This document shows positions 10,868-21,100 of a DNA stretch of 64,000 bases, piece by piece. The stretch is taken from contig JBAYFP010000001.1 of assembly GCA_041667145.1 (NCBI GenBank), forward strand, positions 121,056-185,055. The letters are read 5' to 3'. The translations under genes and the position numbers were made by a program. How positions within the stretch are numbered: the stretch's first letter is position 1; every line of letters starts with the position of its first letter. Below the pieces are notes generated by a model. That model was not told the DNA's origin, searched no databases, and saw nothing but the letters and a program-made list of their open reading frames with translations. The DNA is from Minisyncoccota bacterium (GTDB lineage: Bacteria > Patescibacteriota > Minisyncoccia > Phycocordibacterales > UBA9973).

Positions 10868-13222
10868 ATGAAAATAGCACTTTTAACTGGTGGACCATCT
10901 TTAGAACGTGGAATATCGCTTAATTCAGCTCGCTCAGTATTAGATCATTTGGAGGATGAAAATATTGAAATTATTCCTATTTATTTCGATTATAAAAAAA
11001 GGGCCTATAAAATATCAAAAGCTCAACTTTATTCTAATAACCCTTCTGATTTTGATTTTAAATTATCTAAAAATTCTTCTGCATTAAGTCAAAAATCTTT
11101 AATAAAATTTCTAAAATCTGTAGATATAGTTTTTCCAGCGATGCATGGTCCTTTTGGTGAGGATGGACAAATCCAGGCATTTTTAGAAAAGAATAATATT
11201 CCATTTATAGGATCAGGAAGTGACACTTGCAAGATGGCCTTCGATAAGTATGAAGCTAACAAAATTCTTAAAAAGGAAGGGTTTTTTACTTTACCTTCCG
11301 CATTATTAAAGATTTACTCTAAGGATAATGCAAAAATAGTAAAAAACTTTTTTAAAACTTACAAAATAAAAAGAGCCATAGTAAAACCTGCTACAGGCGG
11401 ATCTAGCATCGGAGTATTTTCAGTAAATACATGGAAGGAGGCCATGGAGAAGGCTGACATTCTTTTCTCAAAGAGAATGGATACAAGAGTAGTGCTCGAA
11501 CCTTTTGCAAAAGGTAAAGAATTCACGGTCATAATTTTACAAAATAAACTCGATATGCCGGTGGCCTTATTGCCATCTGAGATTGAGATGACATATCACG
11601 ATGGAAGGATTTTTGATTTTCGTAAGAAATATTTGCCTACAAACCAAGTCCAATACCATTGTCCTCCAAGGTTTTCTAAAGAAGTGATAAAGAAGATACA
11701 GATAGAGGCAAAGCAAATTTTTTCTATGTTTAAAATGAATGATTTTGCTCGTTTTGATGGCTGGATTTTAGAAGATGGGAATATTTGGTTTTCAGATTTT
11801 AATACAGTATCAGGAATGGAACAAAATAGCTTTTTATTTCAACAGTCTGCTCAATTTGGTATGAGCCATAGTGATTTTCTAAATTATGTAATAAGAAATT
11901 CATGCGCTAGGCAAGGTATAGCTTTTAATGAAAATTCTAAAAAAGTTCCAAAAAGGAAACCAGTTTCAGTAATTTTTGGTGGGCATACATCTGAAAGACA
12001 AGTTTCATTAATGAGTGGGACAAATGCTTGGCTAAAATTAAAAAAGTCAAAATTATATGAGCCCAAGCCATATTTATTAGATTTTGAAAATAATGTTTGG
12101 GAGTTGCCCTATGCGTTGACGCTAAATCACACGGTAGAAGAGATCTTTGATAATGTTAAAAATGCAAAAGCACGAAGAGAAAAAGTTCTAGATTTGATTC
12201 GATCAATCAAAGACGAACTTATGTTATCACAAAACGAAACTTCTGAAGAATTCTTTATTCCTAAGAAAATGTCATTTGATAAATTCATGGATCAGTCGAA
12301 ATTTGTTTTTTTAGGTCTTCATGGGGGTGATGGAGAGAATGGTAAGATTCAAAAGATGTTGACAGAAAAGGGTATAAAATTTAATGGTTCAGGCGAAGTG
12401 ACTTCGAGTCTTTGTATGGATAAATTTGAAGCTGGGAAATTTATAAGATGTATGAAAATGGATAACATAGGTATCGCTTCACAAAGGATGATTTATTTAA
12501 AAGATATCGATTTAGAAAAAATCGGGGAACTTTGGAAAAATCTTAGTTTAAAACTTGAAACAAAAACGTTGATTGTTAAACCAAAAGATGATGGATGCTC
12601 TACAGGTGTGGCTCATTTATATAGAGAAGAAGATTTAAAAAATTATCTTAAATATACATTGGAAGGTAAGAAATCTATTCCATCTGGAGTCTTAAAGAAT
12701 CAAAATACTATTATTGAAATGCCCCACAAAAGAATCAATGAACTTCTTTTTGAAAAATTTATTGAAACTGATTCAGTAAGTATAAGAGGTAATAAATTAA
12801 AACATTTGAGAAAGACTGGCTGGATTGAAGTCACTATTGGAATTTTGGAAAAAGAAAAAAAAATGTATGCTTTCAATCCTAGTATCACCATAGCTGAAGG
12901 AGAGGTGCTTTCGTTAGAAGAAAAATTTCAAGGAGGCACAGGCATAAATATTACTCCTCCACCTGCTGAAATTGTGAAATCAGTAATATTAAAAAAGGTA
13001 AGAGAAAGAGCAGAACAATTAGCTAAAGAAATCGGTATCAAGGGATACGCTAGAATAGATGCTTTTATGAATATAAATACAGGCGCATTGCTTGTCATTG
13101 AAGTGAATACCTTGCCTGGGCTCACTCCTTCGACAGTTATTTATCATCAAGCATTAGCTGAAAATATGGCTATTTTCCCAAGAGAATTTTTGGAAAAAAT
13201 AATAAAGAACTCTGGATATTAA
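10868..13222 (+). CDS. ddl: Tandem two-domain D-Ala-D-Ala ligase
   Basis: Two modules: GGPSLERGISLNS/HGPFGEDG and GGHTSERQVSLMS/HGGDGENG; EVNTLPG; adjacent to alr. Confidence 0.9.
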   Translation: MKIALLTGGPSLERGISLNSARSVLDHLEDENIEIIPIYFDYKKRAYKISKAQLYSNNPSDFDFKLSKNSSALSQKSLIKFLKSVDIVFPAMHGPFGEDGQIQAFLEKNNIPFIGSGSDTCKMAFDKYEANKILKKEGFFTLPSALLKIYSKDNAKIVKNFFKTYKIKRAIVKPATGGSSIGVFSVNTWKEAMEKADILFSKRMDTRVVLEPFAKGKEFTVIILQNKLDMPVALLPSEIEMTYHDGRIFDFRKKYLPTNQVQYHCPPRFSKEVIKKIQIEAKQIFSMFKMNDFARFDGWILEDGNIWFSDFNTVSGMEQNSFLFQQSAQFGMSHSDFLNYVIRNSCARQGIAFNENSKKVPKRKPVSVIFGGHTSERQVSLMSGTNAWLKLKKSKLYEPKPYLLDFENNVWELPYALTLNHTVEEIFDNVKNAKARREKVLDLIRSIKDELMLSQNETSEEFFIPKKMSFDKFMDQSKFVFLGLHGGDGENGKIQKMLTEKGIKFNGSGEVTSSLCMDKFEAGKFIRCMKMDNIGIASQRMIYLKDIDLEKIGELWKNLSLKLETKTLIVKPKDDGCSTGVAHLYREEDLKNYLKYTLEGKKSIPSGVLKNQNTIIEMPHKRINELLFEKFIETDSVSIRGNKLKHLRKTGWIEVTIGILEKEKKMYAFNPSITIAEGEVLSLEEKFQGGTGINITPPPAEIVKSVILKKVRERAEQLAKEIGIKGYARIDAFMNINTGALLVIEVNTLPGLTPSTVIYHQALAENMAIFPREFLEKIIKNSGY

Positions 13223-13223
13223 T

Positions 13224-14363
13224 ATGTCTAAAAATCTTCCTCTTTCTTATATAGAAATATCTAAGGACAATTTAATACATAATGTAAAAGTACTTAAGAA
13301 ACTCTCGGGAAGGACCAAGATGATTGGGGTGATTAAGGGTAATGCTTATGGTCATGGGCAAAATGAAGTAGCCAAGATTTTGGAGCCGTATGTTGATTGT
13401 TTTCAAGTCAACAGCATTTCAGAGTTAGAATTATTACGCAAAGTAAGTAAGAAAAAAACATTTGTTTTGGGCTATATTCAGAAAGAAGATTTAGCAGAAG
13501 CCATAAAACTCGGCTGTGTGTTATCTATTTTTTCAATAGAGCAGATGCAGAATGTCTCTATTATGGCAAAGAGTTTAGGTAAAGTGCAAGAAATACATGT
13601 ACCTATAGATGCATATCTGGGTAGGGAAGGCTTTTTACTGAATGAATTACCTAAATTTTTTAGTGAACTTAAAAAATGCAAAAATGTAAGGCTTACAGGC
13701 ATGTATGCACATTTTGCAAATATAGAAGATACAAATAATTTTACACATGCGAAAAAGCAAATTAAAAAATATAATGAAGCAATAAAATTAGCTAAGAAAT
13801 TTGGATTTAATAAATTACAAACTCATATCTCTGCCACATCAGGACTTCTGGTATATGAATCAAAAAATATTAAAAATAAAAATACTTTTGTTCGTTTGGG
13901 TATAGGACTTTATGGATTGTGGCCATCAGAGCATATTAAATATTTATATAAAAGTAAATTTATTTTAAAGCCAGTACTTTCTTTGAAAACAAAAATTACG
14001 CAAGTAAAGATTTTACCCGCAGGTCATACTGTGGGGTATGGTTTGACGTATATGACTTACGAGCCGACGAAGATAGCTGTCATACCACTCGGCTATGCTG
14101 ATGGTTTTGATAGAGATTTTTCGAATAATGGAGAAGTACTAATTGGTGGCACGAGATGTAAAATCTTAGGAAGAATTGCGATGAATATGTTTGTTGTTGA
14201 TGTGAATCATTTAACAGATGTTAAGATCGAAGACGAGGTTGTGATTATCGGATCTCAAGAAGGGGAATGTATCACAGCAGAAGAAATTGCAAAAAAAATT
14301 GATACTATAAATTATGAAGTTGTCACTCGTTTGAGTTCTTTATTACCTAGAGTGATTGTTTAA
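13224..14363 (+). CDS. alr: Alanine racemase
   Basis: VIKGNAYGHG PLP lysine, VRLGIGLYG, GYADG, TINYE. Confidence 0.97.
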   Translation: MSKNLPLSYIEISKDNLIHNVKVLKKLSGRTKMIGVIKGNAYGHGQNEVAKILEPYVDCFQVNSISELELLRKVSKKKTFVLGYIQKEDLAEAIKLGCVLSIFSIEQMQNVSIMAKSLGKVQEIHVPIDAYLGREGFLLNELPKFFSELKKCKNVRLTGMYAHFANIEDTNNFTHAKKQIKKYNEAIKLAKKFGFNKLQTHISATSGLLVYESKNIKNKNTFVRLGIGLYGLWPSEHIKYLYKSKFILKPVLSLKTKITQVKILPAGHTVGYGLTYMTYEPTKIAVIPLGYADGFDRDFSNNGEVLIGGTRCKILGRIAMNMFVVDVNHLTDVKIEDEVVIIGSQEGECITAEEIAKKIDTINYEVVTRLSSLLPRVIV

Positions 14364-14404
14364 ATTCACCTCACCCCGACCCTCTCCTTAACAAGGAGAG
14401 GGGG
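14361..14404. repeat. Family A copy 4, partial, directly after alr
   Basis: TAAATTCACCTCACCCCGACCCTCTCCTTAACAAGGAGAGGG. Confidence 0.85.
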
Positions 14405-14446
14405 AATTAGTTTGCTTTCTTTTATCTTTTGTATTAATATATATTT

Positions 14447-14605
14447 ATGTCACAAGAAAGACTTATAAAACTCGCCTGCACTAGTTGTAAGCGTATAAAT
14501 TACTGGTCAAGTAAAAACAAGAAACTCGTCACTAAAAAGATAGAGCTTAAAAAGTACTGTAAATGGTGTAAGAAGCAAGTTAAACATAAAGAGGCCAAAA
14601 AGTAA
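14447..14605 (+). CDS. rpmG: 50S ribosomal protein L33, zinc-binding type (not in ORF track)
   Basis: MSQERLIKLACTSCKRINYWSSKNKKLVTKKIELKKYCKWCKKQVKHKEAKK. Confidence 0.95.
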   Translation: MSQERLIKLACTSCKRINYWSSKNKKLVTKKIELKKYCKWCKKQVKHKEAKK

Positions 14606-14677
14606 TTTCTATTTTTATCCCATTTCTGCTATACTAAAGAACATATATAATATAGATTATTATGTTCTTTGTTTTTA

Positions 14678-14748
14678 GGGCGATTAGTTTAGTGGTAGAA
14701 CAACGGTCTCCAAAACCGTTGGCGGGAGTTCGATTCTCTCATCGCCCG
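14678..14748 (+). tRNA. tRNA-Trp (CCA)
   Basis: GGGCGAT/ATCGCCC acceptor stem, anticodon loop CT-CCA-AA, GTTCGATTC T-arm; 3' CCA not encoded. Confidence 0.95.
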
Positions 14749-14853
14749 CTACTTAAATTTCATACTATTTTTGTGAACATTAATAAAGTTTGCTATAATT
14801 TATCATGTATTATTTATATTGTTTATTAATGTTTAGTAAGGTATACTAATGTT

Positions 14854-15105
14854 ATGGAAAATAAATTTATTTCAATAAAAGAAGCTGCAGAAATGCTTCA
14901 TGTGTCAAAATTAACTCTACGTAATTGGGATAGAGATGGAAAATTGTTTGCTTTGAGGCATCCTATCAATAATTACAGGGTTTATCACATAGAAGACATA
15001 AATAGAATTATTAAGCAGATTGAGTCTGGAGAAAAACCAACTAGAATGCCTCGAAAGGATAAACGCAAGAAATATATTGTACCGATAATTCATCTCAAAG
15101 ATTAA
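14854..15105 (+). CDS. MerR/excisionase-like helix-turn-helix protein
   Basis: ISIKEAAEMLHVSKLTLRNWDRDGKL...RHPINNYRVY. Confidence 0.85.
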   Translation: MENKFISIKEAAEMLHVSKLTLRNWDRDGKLFALRHPINNYRVYHIEDINRIIKQIESGEKPTRMPRKDKRKKYIVPIIHLKD

Positions 15106-15134
15106 CTAAAAACTATTTTTATAAAACTAAAAAA

Positions 15135-15143
15135 TTATCCACA
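15135..15143 (+). promoter_or_regulatory. Consensus DnaA box, single
   Basis: TTATCCACA, about 40 nt upstream of the -10 box of the giant gene. Confidence 0.4.
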
Positions 15144-15196
15144 GTTTTAAGGGTTTTTTCATTGTTTAATAGTGCTCATTTGTTTATAATAATAGT

Positions 15197-18100
15197 ATGA
15201 AATTTACTGTTTTTTCTCGTAAAAAAATTCCACACAAAGTTGGAGGCTTTTCTCGTGTTATAAGACTGAAAATTAAATTAAGATTTGAAAAATTAAGAAA
15301 GAAAAAATTTGAAGAATCTATAGTGAGAATAATAAAAGAAAAAATGTTAATGAGAAAAGAAGAAATTAAGAAAATGATTAAAATAATAAAAGAAAACATA
15401 ATGCCGAAAAAAATGATAAACACAAAAAACATTTTAGTTTCTTTTTTTATTTTTTCTTTTTCTTTTTCTTTTTTATATAATCCAAATCAGGTTTTAGCTG
15501 TAGCGCCTACAGTAAATATTACATATAGTTCGAACCCAGTTAAAGCAGGGACACAGAGAATCTCAGTTACATATTCTTCTCAGCCTGCAAGTACTCCTAC
15601 CATTGGTATTAATCAACTAGGAACTACAGATATTCCAAATGGTACAGCTATGGTTCCTCCTTATAGTGATATCAATGCTCCTGGAGTCACTTGGTCAAAT
15701 CCTTTATCATCTAACATAGGATCTGCAGGTGGTTATTGGAATTCTATTGCCTATGGTAATGATATATTTGTAGCTGTTTCGAATTATGGATCAGGTAATA
15801 AAGTAGCAACATCTTCTGATTATGGTGTTACTTGGATTCCTAGGACACCTGCAGAGAGTAACAATTGGGAATCTGTTACTTTTGGCAATGGTATTTTTGT
15901 CGCAGTTTCAAGTAATGGTAATCATAGAGTTATGACCTCAGATAACGGAATTAATTGGTTTCCTCAAAATGTTACGGAAGATTATGACTGGCAATCTGTT
16001 ACTTATGATAATGATCATGGAGTTTTTGTAGCTGTTGCTGATTCTGGTACACATAGAGCAATGACTTCGTCAGATGGTATTATTTGGGAATATAAAACAA
16101 CAGGTTCATATTCTTGGAATTCTGTTGCTTATGGTAACGGAGTTTTTGTAGCTGTTGGTAATCTTGGTAAAATACAAAAATCAACAAACAGCGGTGATAC
16201 ATGGAATGATCCTCAAATAAATAGTAATTCGGCATATTTATATTCTGTTGCTTATGGTAACGGAGTATTTGTTGCAGTCGGGGCTAGTGGTACTATAAGA
16301 ACTTCTTCAGATTTTGGTGATACTTGGCAAGAGCAAACTTCAGGAACTGGTTTAACTATTTCAGATGTGACTTTTGGTAATAATACTTTTGTTGCAGTTA
16401 CTAATTCTAGTGCTAATTTGTTTTTAACTTCACCTGATGGTTTACATTGGACAAGTAGAACAGCTACAGCCGGTGCTACATCTATTGCTTATGGTACTCC
16501 TACTATCAGTGGTGTTGAGACCTCTATGTTTGTAGCAGTTGAGCGTACGAGCTCTCTTGGTACTAATTTAATTACTTCTACAAGTAGAAAATTAAGTTTT
16601 GATGCTGCTCATACATATTATTATGATTATACAGTTTGCGCTGCTGGTAATAGTGGCACTGGTGCTTGCGAGGGTAATTATGTAGATGGTACAGCGACAG
16701 TCACCTTATCAGATGTAAAAGATCTATATGGTGTTTCATATACCCCAAGTGGTACTACATTTACGATTGATACTACCGAAAGTGCTCCCGGTACTCCTGA
16801 TATGACAGCAGGGACAGATACTGGTTCCTCTAGCACAGATAATACTACTTCTGACACGACTCCTGATTTTACTATTTCTTGTGATACTGGAGCTACTGTC
16901 ACTTTATATAAGGATACAACTTCTTCAGTTGGTACGGGAACATGTTCTTCTTCAACGGTTACAATAACTTCATCAACTCTTTCAGCTGGTACTTATGCAA
17001 TGAACGCTAAACAAACTGATGCAGCGGGTAATACTTCGAGTGCATCAGGAAATCTTTCAGTTACGATTGACACAACTGCGCCTAGCGTCAGTACTGTTAC
17101 TTACTCTAGATCTAGTATAAAACAAAATGATACATTAACTATTACAGTTAATTTTAATGAAGCTTTAGCAATTACTAATCCTCCACAAATTGCGATTTCA
17201 GGAGTTAATAATCTTACAGCTACAAATATGACAGAAGGATATGAGACTTGTGATCGTCATCCATGTGCACAAGTGCTGAGTCCTTCAAGGTGGACTTATG
17301 ATTTTTCTATACAGTCAGGAAATGGTTCACCGACTGTTACTATAAGTGCAGGTCAAGATGCAGCAGGAAATATTATGACAAATGCCTCTTCTCCTACTAG
17401 TTTTTCTAGTTTTACAGTAGACAATATTGCTCCAACAAATCAAAATACTGTTTTTCCAACCTCAATTTCAAAAAAGAGTAGCGTGACAGTGACATCACCA
17501 AATATTGTTTCTGCAGGAGAAACAGGTGGTTCAATTTGGTTTGCTCCATCGGGAACAACTACATTTACAGCTGGTGCAACTATGACTACAGCAGGAGGGA
17601 CAGCCACAACTATTTTAGCTCCACTTACTGCAGGATCATATAAATTATTTGTCCGTGATGCAGCCGGAAATACATCTTTAGCCTCGACTGCGATTTTGAC
17701 TGTCGATAATACTGCACCGACTGTTGCCTTATCATATACCTCCGATCCAATTAAGGCGGGGACACAAACTATTACAGCTACATATTCTAAAGCGATTACA
17801 AGTATTCCAAACATTAGAGTTGATCAATATGGGACTGTGCCAGATGATCTTCTTTTTCATCCAATGACCAATAATGATAGTGGAGTTAATAAAGTTTGGA
17901 AATATGATTATACAGTTCATGCAGCTACTGATTCATGTCCACAAGGGGGAACTCCTCCTTGTTATGCAGATGGTACAGCTCAAGTATCTTTATCATCTAC
18001 CACAGATGTAGCGGGAAATACTTCTGGTACTCCTAGTAGTTCTACATTCATAATTGACACCGCAGCACCTACAAATTCTATCAGTGCTCCATCAGTTTCT

Positions 18101-21100
18101 TCTACTTCAATTGGTCCTGTAACATATACTGTTTCTTACTCAGGAGCAAATACTGTTTCACTTGCTAATGAGAATATAACTTTAATCAAAACAGGAACAG
18201 CTGATGGAACAGTCGCTGTTTCAGGTACTGGTATATCTTCTCGAACAGTGACTATTTCTTCTATCACTGGTACTGGCACTTTAGGAATTTCTATTGCTGC
18301 TGGTACTGCTTCTGATACTGCGGGAAATACTTCTCTAGCTATGGGAGCGTCTACTACTTTTGATGTAAGTAATGTTCCTTTAACAGTTGCAAGTATTTCT
18401 GTAGATTTAGCCTCAGGTTCATATAAATCTGGTCAAGCAATAATAACAACAGTAACTTTCTCTAAAGATGTTACATCGACTGGGAATGCAACTGTGACAT
18501 TTGATACGGGAGGGACATGTACTTTTACTATTAGTAATGCTTCATCAGGAAGTTGTACTTATACTGTCGGGGCTGGACAAAATTCTAGTGTTTTAGCTGT
18601 CTCGTCTGTTACGGGGACTATAAAAGATGCTGCCTTAAATTTATTGACTGCAACTACTCCTGTGATGAATATTTCTCCAACAAAAACAATTGTGATTGAT
18701 ACCACAGCACCAATTCTTTCCTTCACTGATGATGTAGCTGTTGGTCCTACATCTTCTGATACAATCACTGCTTCTTGGGTTGGTACTACTACTGGACAAA
18801 AAAAATGGATGTATGATACGGATAGAATTTGTTCACCTACTTCAACTGATTACACAATGACAGATAGTGATTCAATGGATCAAATTACAACCACAAACAA
18901 TACAAAATTTATTTGTTTGTATGGAGCAGATCTTGCTGGAAATTATTCAACACTAGCTTCAACAAATGATATAAATATTGATGCTAGTGGACCGACTGTC
19001 AGTATTTCTTCTCCCACTTCAAGCCCTACAAACGAAACAATAACTGTTAATGTTTTGTTTGATAAATCTGTTTCTGATTTTATTTATTCTGATATTTCAG
19101 TTACAAATGGTACAGTTTCATCTGCATCTTTTTCTGGCTCAGGAATGACTTATTCTTTTATAGTTACACCAACAGCTAATGGAGTAGTTGGTATAAGTAT
19201 TGGTTCAGGGGTGGCACATGATACAGCAGGAAATACAAACTCTGCTTCTAACTCTATATCCATAACATATAGTAATATAGGGCCGACAGTTATTTTAAGT
19301 TCCCCGTCACCTTATTATATTAATGGCTCATTCGATGTCGTTGCCACCTTTAGTGAACCTGTGACTGGGTTTACTTCAGCGGATATTACTATAAATGGTG
19401 GTATAGGTAATAGTTACGTAGACGGTTGGGCTGATGATGGTACAACGTATGAATTTTCTATTGTTCCAGATGGAGGAGGAATTGTTACTGTTGATATTAA
19501 TGGTGGAGTTGCTGTAAATGCAGCCCAAAATGGGAATATCGCTGCTACACAACTTTCTAGATTAAATGATACTGCTCCGCCTACTGCATATGATATCCCA
19601 ACAATTTGTTCTGTTGAAGGAAATTTATGTACTACCGCAGGTCAAAATGCCGATCCACAGGAAGTATATGATGTCGGTATGAGTACTATTTCTAGTACTG
19701 CCGAAGATGGTGATTCAGGAATAAGTAATGTTCAAATTTCAATTAATGATACTACTGCCAATAAATGGTATAACGGTACAATATTTACAACATCTGGTAG
19801 TGAAATATTATTAAATACAGTATTTGCATATTCAGAGAACGACGGGCAAACTCACTGGAGTTATGATTTTTCTAGCGTACCTTTAATTACTGGGGATACG
19901 TATACGATTAAAGTTACTGTTACAGATGGAGTATCTAATACAAATACTGCATCAGAATCTTTTAAATTTATAAATTCTGCACCAGAAGTTTCGAATGTAG
20001 TTCCATTGGAAGATGCGACTGGTTTAGTGACAGTGCATTATGATGTTACAGATAATGAATCTTCTCAAACTACGAATTATTTATTTTACAGTGTAGGAGG
20101 AAATGGTGTAGACGCAGGTTTAGCTAGTGACGCAACAAGTCTTAATTTATCTGACGCTACTTATTTCCCAAATTCAGGAATTATTCTTATAGATAATGAG
20201 ATGATTTCTTATACAAGTAAATCAGGAGCTACTCTTTTAGGTCTCACCAGAGGGATATTAAATACGATACCAGTTGCTCATGAAGATAGTGCTACTGTAT
20301 ATATAAAAGCAAGTTCAGCTACAGGTGGCGGAATTGGATTATCTGATGTTGGTACAAATAAGACTATAACTTGGCAAGCATCTTCTGATGCAAATGGATA
20401 TGAATATGATGTATCTTTTATTAAAGTTGTTGCAAATGATGGAGGAGTTGCCAATATGGTAGGTTCAGCAACTAACGAGGAAGGATTTATTCTTGATGCA
20501 AAAGCACCTACTGCAACAGTCACATTTGACGCTGGTGTCGGGGGAGAAACAAATAGTGGAGTAATTACTATTCCGATGCCTGAAGATATATCAGCTGTTG
20601 AGTATAAGATTACAGATGTAAATAATTTGTCAACAAATGCAGATTCTGGTGTTTGGAAATCTATAACGACTAGTACAACTTTACCTTGGACTTTTGATTC
20701 TAATATCATAGCAAGAAGTTTGAAATATCAGTTTAGAGATGCATACGGAAATATTGGATCTGAAATTACTACCTCTACCCAAGATCCGATTCCTACTAAG
20801 TTATTTACTGTCACTGATACATCGAATGTTTCATCAACACCTGCTTATCATCAAATGCATATGGATTGGCAGGCAGTGAGTTCTAGTGGGTTTTCTTCTT
20901 ATAAATTAGAATATAAAACATCTAGAAATAATATTAATTACATTGGTAATGGTTACACATCTATCTCTAGTACAGCTCTCAACAATGTTAGTACTGATAG
21001 TTATGATGATAAAAGTTTAACGCCAGATAATTTTTATAAATATCGTATAGGGATAATCGGTACTAATGGTAATGTTTCTATGAGATCAGATACTATTCTC

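Noticed and set aside
16119-16272. DNA direct repeat ATTCTGTTGCTTATGGTAACGGAGT
   Set aside because: Explained by duplicated beta-propeller blades in the giant protein
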